From assembly GCA_050331235.1 (NCBI GenBank), contig JBHJHA010000012.1, positions 1 through 64,000 of the forward strand: DNA of 64,000 nucleotides, given 5' to 3'. The translations under genes and the position numbers were made by a program. This document shows positions 29,862-40,011 of this stretch, one piece after another (position 1 is the first letter of the stretch; each line of letters opens with the position of its first letter). Below the pieces are notes generated by a model that was not told the origin of the DNA, made no database searches, and saw nothing but the letters and a program-made list of their open reading frames with translations. The stretch is from Leptolyngbyaceae cyanobacterium (GTDB lineage: Bacteria; Cyanobacteriota; Cyanobacteriia; Phormidesmidales; Phormidesmidaceae).

Positions 29862-30095
29862 GTCATCAAGGGGGTAGTCAGCAATTAGGTCACTTGTCCT
29901 AATTGGTTTCGATTAGCCTTGATTAAGACAGCGCGATCGCCCCCCTTCCCTGACGCCCCTCTATTTCCACCAGGTTGGTAACAGTCGCTTGCTTTGGACA
30001 TCGGACATATTTAAGCTTCATGTCGATAACGGTGGTTCCGGGGCCGATCTCATCCTATGGTTAGGGGTAAAAAAAGAGCGCTTGACGTAAGAATC

Positions 30096-31400
30096 ATGAA
30101 AACAGCACGATTGACGCCCTGGCTGGGTCGGGGCTTGGCTCTAGTCTTTGGAGCGGGCTTTGTGGCGGCCTGTCAGGGCGGTCAAGACCCGTCGAATGGG
30201 ACAGACTCCGAAAGTGGCACGGTTACTATCTTGGGCGTCGTTGTCGGCGAGCAACAGGAAAAACTCGAGGCGGCCCTTGCCCCCTTTGAGGCAGAGACCG
30301 GCATTAATGTGGTTTACGAAGGGACGGATGCCTTTGCCACGTTGCTCCCTGTGCGGGTCGAATCAGGGGATGCCCCAGACATTGCCATGTTTCCCCAACC
30401 GGGGCTGATGGCTGACTTTGCCGCGTCGGGTCAGCTCGTTCCCATCACCTCGTTCATGGAGAGCAGTGCCCTAGAAGCTGCCTACTCGAAAGACTGGCTA
30501 ACCCTGGGCACAGTGGCCGGTGAGCTATACGGTGTCTGGTTTAGGGCGTCGGTCAAAAGCTTGGTTTGGTACAATCCCCAAGCGTTTGAGGCGGCGGGCT
30601 ACAGCATTCCCACCACCTGGGAAGAAATGCTGGCGCTCAGTGACGATATTGTGAGCGAGGGCGGCGCGAGCCCTTGGTGCATTGGCATGGAAAGCGGTGA
30701 CGCCACTGGCTGGGTGGGGACCGATTGGGTCGAAGACATCATGCTGCGAACGGCGGGGCCCGAGGTCTATGACCAGTGGATCACCCACGAAATTCCCTTT
30801 GATGCCGAGCCCGTGCGCAATGCATTTGCGCAGTTTGGCGATATTGTGCTGAATTCGGAGTATGTGCTGGGCGGCAGCATTGGGGTGATCAGCACGCCCT
30901 TTGGCGATTCCATTCTAAGCTTATTGGGCGATGAGCCTCGGTGCTATATGCATCGTCAGGCCAACTTTATCGCCAGCTTTTTGCCCGAGGAGGCGGTTCC
31001 CGGTGAGAACATTGCGGTTTTTCCACTGCCAGGCATTGAGCCTGAGTTTGGGAGGCCGGTGCTGGTCGCTGGGGACATTTTTGCCATGTTTAACGATACG
31101 CCTGAAGCTCAGGCGCTACTTGAATATCTCACCACTCCCGAGCCCCATGAAATTTGGGCCGGGCTGGGTGGCTTTATCTCCCCGCATAACGAGGTGGGTT
31201 TAGAGGTTTACCCCGATGAGGTGACGCAGCAGCAGGCAGATATCTTGGCCAAGGCCGAGGTAGTACGCTTTGATGCCTCCGACATGATGCCGGGGGTCGT
31301 GGGGACGGGCACCTTTTGGACCGGTATTGTGGATTATGTCGGCGGCGAAGACCTGGACAGCGTATTGTCGAATATTGAGGCCAGTTGGCCTGCGGAGTGA
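30096..31400 (+). CDS. ggtB: Glucosylglycerol/alpha-glucoside ABC transporter binding lipoprotein
   Basis: Lipobox FVAAC, PQPG, KSLVWYN, WCIGMESGDATGWVGTDWVED, RFDASDMMP (AglE/GgtB family). Confidence 0.85.
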   Translation: MKTARLTPWLGRGLALVFGAGFVAACQGGQDPSNGTDSESGTVTILGVVVGEQQEKLEAALAPFEAETGINVVYEGTDAFATLLPVRVESGDAPDIAMFPQPGLMADFAASGQLVPITSFMESSALEAAYSKDWLTLGTVAGELYGVWFRASVKSLVWYNPQAFEAAGYSIPTTWEEMLALSDDIVSEGGASPWCIGMESGDATGWVGTDWVEDIMLRTAGPEVYDQWITHEIPFDAEPVRNAFAQFGDIVLNSEYVLGGSIGVISTPFGDSILSLLGDEPRCYMHRQANFIASFLPEEAVPGENIAVFPLPGIEPEFGRPVLVAGDIFAMFNDTPEAQALLEYLTTPEPHEIWAGLGGFISPHNEVGLEVYPDEVTQQQADILAKAEVVRFDASDMMPGVVGTGTFWTGIVDYVGGEDLDSVLSNIEASWPAE

Positions 31401-31451
31401 TGGCCAGTCTGACGTTTTTCGAGAGAGTGAATTAGCCACAGATATAGCACC

Positions 31452-32438
31452 ATGCCAGAGGCCTCTAATCTAATCCGACTACTGACCGCGATCGCGGCCA
31501 TCATTATTGGCTCCGGTGGGGTGATTGCCCTGTTTTACGGAGCCAATCTGGTGGTTAATCGCCTGTCTTACCAATGGCGATCGCGGTTGCTCCCCTGGAT
31601 CTATATGACCCCGGCTCTGGGCGTGCTGGGTGCATTTCTAATCTTGCCGACCCTGCGCACGATCATGATCAGTTTTATGGATCGGCGATCGGAAAGCTGG
31701 GTCGGGTTGGATAACTATATTTTTGCGTTCACCAACCCTGATATGTTGGTGGCCTTTCGCAACAACATTTTGTGGCTTGTGCTCGTCACCGGCGTTAGCG
31801 TCAGCCTGGGGTTGATTATTGCCGTCTTAGTCGACCGGGTGAAGTACGAGCCGCTGGCCAAAGCCCTGATCTTTTTGCCCATGGCGATTTCCTTTGTGGG
31901 GGCAAGCGTCATTTGGCGATTTGTCTACGCCTATCAACTGCCCGGTACAGATCAAATTGGCCTATTGAATGCCATCGTTGTTGCCCTTGGGTTTGAGCCT
32001 GTCGGCTGGTTAGTAGAGAAAAGCGTCAATAATTTTGCCCTGATTGCCATTATGATTTGGCTGCAAACGGGCTTTGCCATGGTGTTACTGTCGTCAGCGG
32101 TCAAGGGCATTCCTAAGGACGTGATTGAGGCTGCCAGGATTGATGGCGCAAGCGAGCTCCAGATTTTTTGGCGGATCACGATTCCCATGATCAGCTCAAC
32201 AATTCTGGTTGTATCAACCACCATTATTGTATTGGTACTCAAGGTTTTCGATATTGTGTTTGTGATGACAGGCGGCAATCTCGATACCGACGTCGTTGCC
32301 AGCCGCATGATTAAAGAGATGTTTAACTTCCGTAATTTTGGCCGGGGCAGCGCGATCGCGGTGATTTTGTTGCTGGCGGTCATTCCTGTTATGGCGGCCA
32401 ATATTCGACGCTTTCGCCAGCAGGAGGTGACCCGATGA
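31452..32438 (+). CDS. ggtC: Sugar ABC permease
   Basis: EAARIDGA EAA motif, FLPMAISFVGA. Confidence 0.85.
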   Translation: MPEASNLIRLLTAIAAIIIGSGGVIALFYGANLVVNRLSYQWRSRLLPWIYMTPALGVLGAFLILPTLRTIMISFMDRRSESWVGLDNYIFAFTNPDMLVAFRNNILWLVLVTGVSVSLGLIIAVLVDRVKYEPLAKALIFLPMAISFVGASVIWRFVYAYQLPGTDQIGLLNAIVVALGFEPVGWLVEKSVNNFALIAIMIWLQTGFAMVLLSSAVKGIPKDVIEAARIDGASELQIFWRITIPMISSTILVVSTTIIVLVLKVFDIVFVMTGGNLDTDVVASRMIKEMFNFRNFGRGSAIAVILLLAVIPVMAANIRRFRQQEVTR

Positions 32439-33337
32439 CCGCCCCACCTCACCAGTCATCGGCGCGGCCCCCTGCGCTACTCACTCGGCTGGAGCAACTG
32501 TTGACCACGGCCCCGGTCCACTTGGCGGTAATTGCGATCGCCTTGGTGTGGACCTTGCCCACAGCGGGTCTCTTGATCAGCTCCTTTCGTCAGCCCGAGG
32601 CGCTCTTAAAGAGCGGTTGGTGGACCGTCTTTACTCCGCCCTTAGACCTGAGACAGTTTCACCTGGGCAACTATGCCGATGTGCTCACAGGCCAAGACAT
32701 GGGGCAGGCCTTTCTCAACAGCTTGATCATCTCGATTCCGGCGACGGTGATGCCCATCGCGATCGCCACCTTTGCCGCCTACGCCTTAGCCTGGATGCGC
32801 TTTCCGGGACGGCAGCTACTATTTGTCATGATTGTCGGGCTACTGGTGGTGCCGCTGCAAATGACGCTCATCCCAGTGTTGCGGGCATATAACACCCTGG
32901 GACTCGCCGGCACCTTCCTTGGGGTGTGGTTGGCCCACACCGGCTACGGTATGCCGTTGGGCATTTACCTGCTGCGCAATTATATTGGCACCCTCCCCCG
33001 CGACTTGATCGAAGCTGCCGCTGTGGATGGTGCCTCCCACCTAAAAATTTTTACCCGCATTGTGTTGCCCTTATCAACGCCGGCGATCGCCTCCTTTGCG
33101 GTATTCCAGTTTCTCTGGGTGTGGAATGACCTGCTAGTAGCACTGGTCTACCTTGGCGGTAATCAAAACGTCGCGCCGGTGACCCTCGTACTGCGCAACC
33201 TTGTGGGCGATCGCGGGCAAGACTGGCATTTGCTGACGGCGGGGGCGTTCATTTCGATGATTGTGCCGCTGGCGGTGTTCTTTGCCCTCCAGCGATATTT
33301 TGTCAGGGGGCTACTGGCGGGCTCCGTCAAGGGATAG
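32435..33337 (+). CDS. ggtD: Sugar ABC permease
   Basis: EAAAVDGA, FLWVWNDLL, GLLAGSVKG; 4-bp overlap with ggtC. Confidence 0.85.
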   Translation: MTAPPHQSSARPPALLTRLEQLLTTAPVHLAVIAIALVWTLPTAGLLISSFRQPEALLKSGWWTVFTPPLDLRQFHLGNYADVLTGQDMGQAFLNSLIISIPATVMPIAIATFAAYALAWMRFPGRQLLFVMIVGLLVVPLQMTLIPVLRAYNTLGLAGTFLGVWLAHTGYGMPLGIYLLRNYIGTLPRDLIEAAAVDGASHLKIFTRIVLPLSTPAIASFAVFQFLWVWNDLLVALVYLGGNQNVAPVTLVLRNLVGDRGQDWHLLTAGAFISMIVPLAVFFALQRYFVRGLLAGSVKG

Positions 33338-33412
33338 TGATGCAGTCCAGCGATTCGGATTTTGCTTCTATCGCGCGGTCAATTCGCAACTTTTCTTACC
33401 ACGGTCAACAGC

Positions 33413-34519
33413 ATGGCGCACATCGTATTTGAGCAGGTCACCAAGGAGTATGAAAACGGCTTTGTGGCGGTTAGAGATCTCAACTTGGACATCGGCGAAG
33501 AGGAGTTCCTTGTCTTAGTTGGTCCCTCTGGGTGTGGTAAAACAACCTCCCTGCGGATGCTAGCTGGCCTGGAAACTATTAGCCACGGCAGTATTTATAT
33601 CAACGGCCAGCGGGTTAATGAGCGCTCCCCCCGCGAACGAGATATTGCCATGGTCTTTCAGTCCTATGCGCTGTATCCCCACATGAGCGTCTTTGAAAAT
33701 ATGGCCTTTAGTCTGCAACTGCAAGGAACGACCAAAGCCGATATTCAAAAGCGGGTCCAGGCAGCGGCGACCCAGCTCGGCATCGAAAAGCTGCTTGATC
33801 GCAAGCCCAAGCAACTCTCAGGGGGGCAACGTCAACGGGTGGCGGTAGGCCGGGCGATCGTGCGCGATCCGGCTGTCTTTTTGATGGATGAGCCCCTGTC
33901 AAACCTCGATGCTAAACTGCGAGTGCAAGCGCGGGCGGAACTCAGCAAACTACACAAAAAGCTGGGAACAACGTTTATTTATGTTACCCACGATCAGGTG
34001 GAAGCCATGACCATGGGCAGCCGCATTGCCGTGATGAATCAAGGCATCTTGCAGCAGGTTGATACGCCACAAAATCTATACGACCATCCCAACAACGTTT
34101 TTGTAGCTGGCTTTATGGGCAGTCCGGCGATGAATTTCTTTGATGCAACGCTGAAACCCATGGGGGATGAGCTCTGCATCGCAGCGGGGGCGCTGTGCTT
34201 ACCCATTCCGGCGAAAATGCGATCGCGCTACCAAGCCTCCATCGACACACCGGTCATCTTCGGAATCCGCCCCGAAAACATCTATAATCCCAAATTTGCC
34301 CCCCCTGGCATTAATCCAGTGACCATTGAAGCCACCGTTTCAGTGGTGGAGATGATGGGCCATGAGGAAATCGTGTATCTGACCCTAGGGGATAGCCATG
34401 AGTTTTTAGCGCGGGTCGATCCGCGATCGCGCCTCACCCCAGGTGAAACGATCCCCATTGAGCTGGATATGAATCGCTTTCACCTATTTGATAAAGCTTC
34501 GGAGCATGTCATAAATTAA
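33413..34519 (+). CDS. ggtA: Sugar ABC ATPase (MalK family)
   Basis: GPSGCGKT, LSGGQRQR, DEPLSNLD, TOBE-like C-terminus. Confidence 0.85.
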   Translation: MAHIVFEQVTKEYENGFVAVRDLNLDIGEEEFLVLVGPSGCGKTTSLRMLAGLETISHGSIYINGQRVNERSPRERDIAMVFQSYALYPHMSVFENMAFSLQLQGTTKADIQKRVQAAATQLGIEKLLDRKPKQLSGGQRQRVAVGRAIVRDPAVFLMDEPLSNLDAKLRVQARAELSKLHKKLGTTFIYVTHDQVEAMTMGSRIAVMNQGILQQVDTPQNLYDHPNNVFVAGFMGSPAMNFFDATLKPMGDELCIAAGALCLPIPAKMRSRYQASIDTPVIFGIRPENIYNPKFAPPGINPVTIEATVSVVEMMGHEEIVYLTLGDSHEFLARVDPRSRLTPGETIPIELDMNRFHLFDKASEHVIN

Positions 34520-34911
34520 GCTTCGTTACGGCCCGGAGGAAGTAATACGACACTCGTCGGAGGATAGTTTAGTTTCTCCAGAGGGTGCACTCAGAGAAGG
34601 GCGCGCTAATGAACTGAGCGATCGCTACGCCCTGCCCATTGACTCTTTGGCATCTTGCTGGGCCCCTTCTAACGCTTGCACAGCTACGTCAGCACTCCTA
34701 TCACACCCGCATCTCGCCCATCCATTTGGTAGATTCTTCCTCAACCGCCACTCGCCACTTGGGGCGTAACTGGGGCCTGAGTCAGATCGCGATCGCCTCC
34801 AGGCAAGGGAGAGGGTAGGGATGCAAGATAAAAAAGGCGCGGTCTTATTCTGTGGTCTTATTCTAAGTAATCTGAAGGGGAGGGGGAGGCATGCCGCCGA
34901 CCGTCCGATAG

Positions 34912-37113
34912 CTAGCCCCAATCGGGCGCTTGATAGGTCGGTATTTGTACAGTGACCGTCGTGCCAGTGTCAGCGTTGGAGGCAAAGGCTAACGTGCCAC
35001 CGTGGGCTTCGATAATGCGGCGAGTAATCGAGAGGCCCAAGCCGTTGCCGGTCGACTTGGTAGTGAAGAACGGCTGAGTCAGCTTCGGCAAAACGTCTGG
35101 TGGGATCGGGTCACCCCCGTTGTGGATAGTGATGGTCGTGGTTTGGTGCGTAGCTGTAAGGGCACAGGTAACGCGATCGCCCTCCGGGGAGGCTTCGCAA
35201 GCGTTGCTGAGCAGATTGATAAAGACCTGCTTGAGGCGATCTCGATCGCCCATGACCTGACCAGTTAAGTTCAGACCGTCGGTATGGATAGTACAGTGGC
35301 GGGCGATCGGCTGATGACAAAACTCATCGCACAAAGTTTGCAAAAAGCTGCCGAGGGCTAGCGGCTCCGTATCCAGGTGTTGCTCCCGGGCATACATCAA
35401 GATTTCGTTGAGGAGTCTTTGTAGCCGCTCCGACTCTTCCAACGCAAAAGAGAGGCGCATCTTCGCGCGCTCGGGCAAATCCATTTGCTCAAATGAGGTC
35501 AGCCCCATCAGCACCGTCGTCAGCGGATTGCGCACCTCATGGACAATCATAGCGGCCAGTTCACCAATTTCAGCTAAGCGGGCTTGGGCCTGCTCCATTA
35601 CCTTACGGGCCGTGATATCGCGGGCCAGAGCCAGCAACACGGGCTTGCTACTGATCTCGATGCGACCAACGCGCACCTCAACCGGAAACTGACTGCCATC
35701 TTTCCGCTGGTGTATCCCTTCGCGGGTGACGGCTTGGCCGGGCTGAAGCTCCCAATCGTGGGACAAGTCTTCAATGGTTACGGACTTTTGCACATCGGGC
35801 ACCGAGAGCTGCAACAGTTCGTCGCGGGTGTAGCCCAGGGTATGACAGGCCTCTTGGTTGATGTCGATCAGCCGTCCCTGGGTGTCAACTACAAATAGAG
35901 CATCCGTAGCTTGCTCGACTAATGTGCGAAACCGCTGTTCGCTTTCGCTCAAGGCTTCTTCTGCCTCTTTCCGTTCAGTAATGTCGTTGGTCACTGACAA
36001 GATGCACCGCTCACCATTGAGCTGTACCGTCTCCGCGGAATACAGCACAGTGCGCGAGTCGCCCTGGGCAGTGCGAAAGCGATATTCCTGATTACGCACG
36101 TAGTCCTGTTGCTGCAAAATTTCCAACATGGCCGCGCGATCGCTCAAATCAGCCCAAAGCTCCAGCGTCGCTGCGGTTTGCCCAATCACTGCCTTGCGGT
36201 CAGCCCCATAGAGCTGCAAAAAGCTGTCGTTTACCTCCAGCAGTTGCCCCGTCTCCAATACGCTGAGAGTCATCGGATTAGGGCTGGCATAAAATGATTT
36301 CGAAAACTTTTCCTCCGATAGACGCAGGTCGGTTTCCGCCTGATCGCGTTCGGCGATCGCCGCCCCGGCTTGACCCACCATTTCCTTAAAGGTCATAATC
36401 ACATCTCCCAGCTCATCCTGTCGTTGGGCAGCGGTTTCGACTGACTCAAATGTGAGCGATCGCGCATCACGGTTTTGCCGCAGGGTTTGGCCGGCCTGTC
36501 GGAGATCGCGGCGGAGAGACAACACGGGGGAAATGACCAGACGCTCAAGCACAATCATGGTCGCACCGGTGACAAAGACCGAAATGATCAGCACCAACCC
36601 CGTAATGCGGGCAATGAAGTAGTAAAACTCACGACCGACCCAAGCGGCATCGTGGCGAATGATGAGTTGATAGCGATCAGCCAGGGGCGACATTTCCCAG
36701 ACAGCGTCATAGCGTTGCGTTTGACGGTTGTAGAGATCTGGTTGGGATGATTGGAGGGCGGCCAAATCGAGTTCCGGGGGTTCACCAAAGCTGCCCACGA
36801 CTTCACCGTCTGCCTGATACAGGGTCCCCCCCAAAATCACCTCGTTGCTCAGCAAAGTTTGTAGACTTTGCAAAACAGCTTGGTCGTTGGCCGCTGACAT
36901 ACTTTTTTCGGTACTTAAAACACCCTCTGCCTGGGCCGTCGAGAGCGATCTCAGGTAGTCCAGTAGCTCTCGCTCCCGTCGCATGACAGAGGGCACCAAG
37001 ATAATGGCCTCAATCACGACGATGCTGAGAAAGACCCAAAACACGATGCGGCGTGACAGTCGGGCTCGCCACAGGTTAGTTGGTAATTTGGGTTTGCCCG
37101 CAATCGACGGCAT
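34912..37113 (-). CDS. Membrane sensor histidine kinase (2 TM, HAMP-like, 2 PAS)
   Basis: HEVRNPL, N-box NLLSNA, FFTTK, GNGLGL. Confidence 0.92.
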   Translation of the reverse strand: MPSIAGKPKLPTNLWRARLSRRIVFWVFLSIVVIEAIILVPSVMRRERELLDYLRSLSTAQAEGVLSTEKSMSAANDQAVLQSLQTLLSNEVILGGTLYQADGEVVGSFGEPPELDLAALQSSQPDLYNRQTQRYDAVWEMSPLADRYQLIIRHDAAWVGREFYYFIARITGLVLIISVFVTGATMIVLERLVISPVLSLRRDLRQAGQTLRQNRDARSLTFESVETAAQRQDELGDVIMTFKEMVGQAGAAIAERDQAETDLRLSEEKFSKSFYASPNPMTLSVLETGQLLEVNDSFLQLYGADRKAVIGQTAATLELWADLSDRAAMLEILQQQDYVRNQEYRFRTAQGDSRTVLYSAETVQLNGERCILSVTNDITERKEAEEALSESEQRFRTLVEQATDALFVVDTQGRLIDINQEACHTLGYTRDELLQLSVPDVQKSVTIEDLSHDWELQPGQAVTREGIHQRKDGSQFPVEVRVGRIEISSKPVLLALARDITARKVMEQAQARLAEIGELAAMIVHEVRNPLTTVLMGLTSFEQMDLPERAKMRLSFALEESERLQRLLNEILMYAREQHLDTEPLALGSFLQTLCDEFCHQPIARHCTIHTDGLNLTGQVMGDRDRLKQVFINLLSNACEASPEGDRVTCALTATHQTTTITIHNGGDPIPPDVLPKLTQPFFTTKSTGNGLGLSITRRIIEAHGGTLAFASNADTGTTVTVQIPTYQAPDWG

Positions 37114-37197
37114 GAGCGATGTTCAACAAGCTGTGGCAATTATTGTAGTGGCTCGTTGAGGGGAATGTGGCAGGCCCATCTGATCAGGCGCTCAACC

Positions 37198-38013
37198 CTA
37201 GTCATAGAGGGCGATCGCTTCCTTCGTGATGTAAGAATACGCAGCAAAATCGCCAATGAACGCGGTGTGGGTAATCAGCCCTGCTGGTGACCACAGATGT
37301 AGCTGATAGGCCGGTGGCTCCATGACAAAAGCCGGGGGCTGGTCTTTATCTAACTTCAACGCCACCTGATGGGCCACGCTGGGTGCTACGCTCCCAATAG
37401 TGCCGGCCCACAGCGTTTGAATGGAGCGATGGAGGTGGCCGCACGCCACTCGCTGCACATGACGATGCTGCGCAATCAACTGGCCTAGGGCTTCGTGCCC
37501 TCGACACCGCAGACGATCCATATCATGGAGGCCGGTGGTAAAGGGCGGATGATGCATGAAGATCACCGTAGGATGATCCGGCGCTTCGTCCAATCGGGCG
37601 GCAAGCCACTCCAATCGCTCCGTATCGATCTCCCCATAGCCCTCGCCATCTACCAGCGTATCCAGCACAATTATTCGCACTGGCCAGTCATCCAATACGT
37701 AGTGGATATATCCCGCCGCTGGCATGTAAGGCAAGTTGGGAAAAACTTCTCGAAAGGCAGCGCGATCGTCATGGTTGCCCATAACAAAATAGAGGGGGGC
37801 CTGGAGCGGCGACAACAGCTCTCGCAACATGAGGTATTCCGGTTTGGTGCGCTGATCGACTAAATCCCCCGTAGCGATGACAATATCAGGCTGGGGATTG
37901 AGCCGGTTGAGCTGATGGACGGCGGCGCGCAGATACGTGTTGGTGTCTACGACGCCATATGCTTTTTGTCCAGCGGGCTGCACATGCAGATCAGATATTT
38001 GCGCAATGATCAT
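37198..38013 (-). CDS. Metallophosphoesterase (GpdQ/CpdA-like phosphodiesterase)
   Basis: DLH, TGD, GNHD, HHPP, GHLH. Confidence 0.9.
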   Translation of the reverse strand: MIIAQISDLHVQPAGQKAYGVVDTNTYLRAAVHQLNRLNPQPDIVIATGDLVDQRTKPEYLMLRELLSPLQAPLYFVMGNHDDRAAFREVFPNLPYMPAAGYIHYVLDDWPVRIIVLDTLVDGEGYGEIDTERLEWLAARLDEAPDHPTVIFMHHPPFTTGLHDMDRLRCRGHEALGQLIAQHRHVQRVACGHLHRSIQTLWAGTIGSVAPSVAHQVALKLDKDQPPAFVMEPPAYQLHLWSPAGLITHTAFIGDFAAYSYITKEAIALYD

Positions 38014-38157
38014 TGGCTGAAGGGGGCTTTGACAAGCCTAGCGGGATGGGTCACTGTCAGGCTAGCTTGCTACCCTAGCGAATTTCTATTGCCTGGCACA
38101 CTTTGACCGCCTCCGCAGAATGTCTGGAGGCATCTCCTCCCAGTTTGGCAGGGCGCG

Positions 38158-39129
<972 letters not shown>

Positions 39130-39570
39130 TTAAAAGAACAAAATGGATTAGTTAGAGTTGACGCAAAGGAATCTTGGCGAAAATCTGACTATACCCCGGA
39201 AACAGCCCAAACCTGGCTAATTATCTTGGAATTGCTAAAAAGCGTCTGCCAGCCATGGTGGTGGCGATCGCCTCAGGTCGGCAAGGCGCAAAAGTTGAGC
39301 ACATGTGCCCAAGGTGCCGAGGGGCTAAACATCCTTTGAATAGAACTGTTCATGAAGACTAATTTGCGATTAAAAACGTCGGCCAAGACCTAAATCAGCT
39401 TAAATCTGTTGATCAAATCAATCAAATTAGCTGTAATTTATTTCGTCCTTCTGCCATTTTGGTCTTGGTGACTAAACGCTGATAACCAATGATTCAGAAC
39501 ACTCAAAGTGTTGCTTAGCTGATAGAGGCTCAGTTTTCACCCTGCCTAAATTGCAGTATCAAATAGCAAC

Positions 39571-39921
39571 TTATGCCCACTGCCAAGACTCAATACTGTT
39601 GGGCGTTACTCGGCCGCTCCCACGGTATGCCGTCGATGGTGGCGTATCTGGACTAGGGTCAACGCGACCACTGCCACGATGGGCGATTTCTCCTGCTTCG
39701 AGACGCTCAAGCTGAATCTGTGGCAACGGATTGCTCAACTCAAGATCCTCTTGAGTCGGCACTTGCGTGACTATACGCCCACTCCCACGGTGGCTCGTTG
39801 AGTCTTGGGTGGTCGCCTCTGATACCTGAAATCGAACTTCTGGAGACCACATCGTCATACCGAAACACCCGACGGCAGTCGCGGCTAAGCAATATTTAAG
39901 CGCATGAGATAAAGACAACAT
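39571..39921 (-). CDS. patX: PatX-like secreted precursor with three RGSGR motifs
   Basis: Hydrophobic N-terminus; HRGSGR, HRGSGR, YRGSGR; between an FAD oxidoreductase gene and hetR. Confidence 0.82.
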   Translation of the reverse strand: MLSLSHALKYCLAATAVGCFGMTMWSPEVRFQVSEATTQDSTSHRGSGRIVTQVPTQEDLELSNPLPQIQLERLEAGEIAHRGSGRVDPSPDTPPSTAYRGSGRVTPNSIESWQWA

Positions 39922-40011
39922 TACTGAAGAGACCCCTCTATGGTTGATATCTCTTGTTTCAGAGAGGGCAATTGCTCTTCAGGAAAAAATGCCTGCGTAA
40001 ATTTTCCGAAT

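Noticed and set aside
34690..34710. Yfr1 sRNA (CACTCCTATCACACC)
   Set aside because: Does not match the ACTCCTCACAC core exactly and no clear flanking hairpins were seen.
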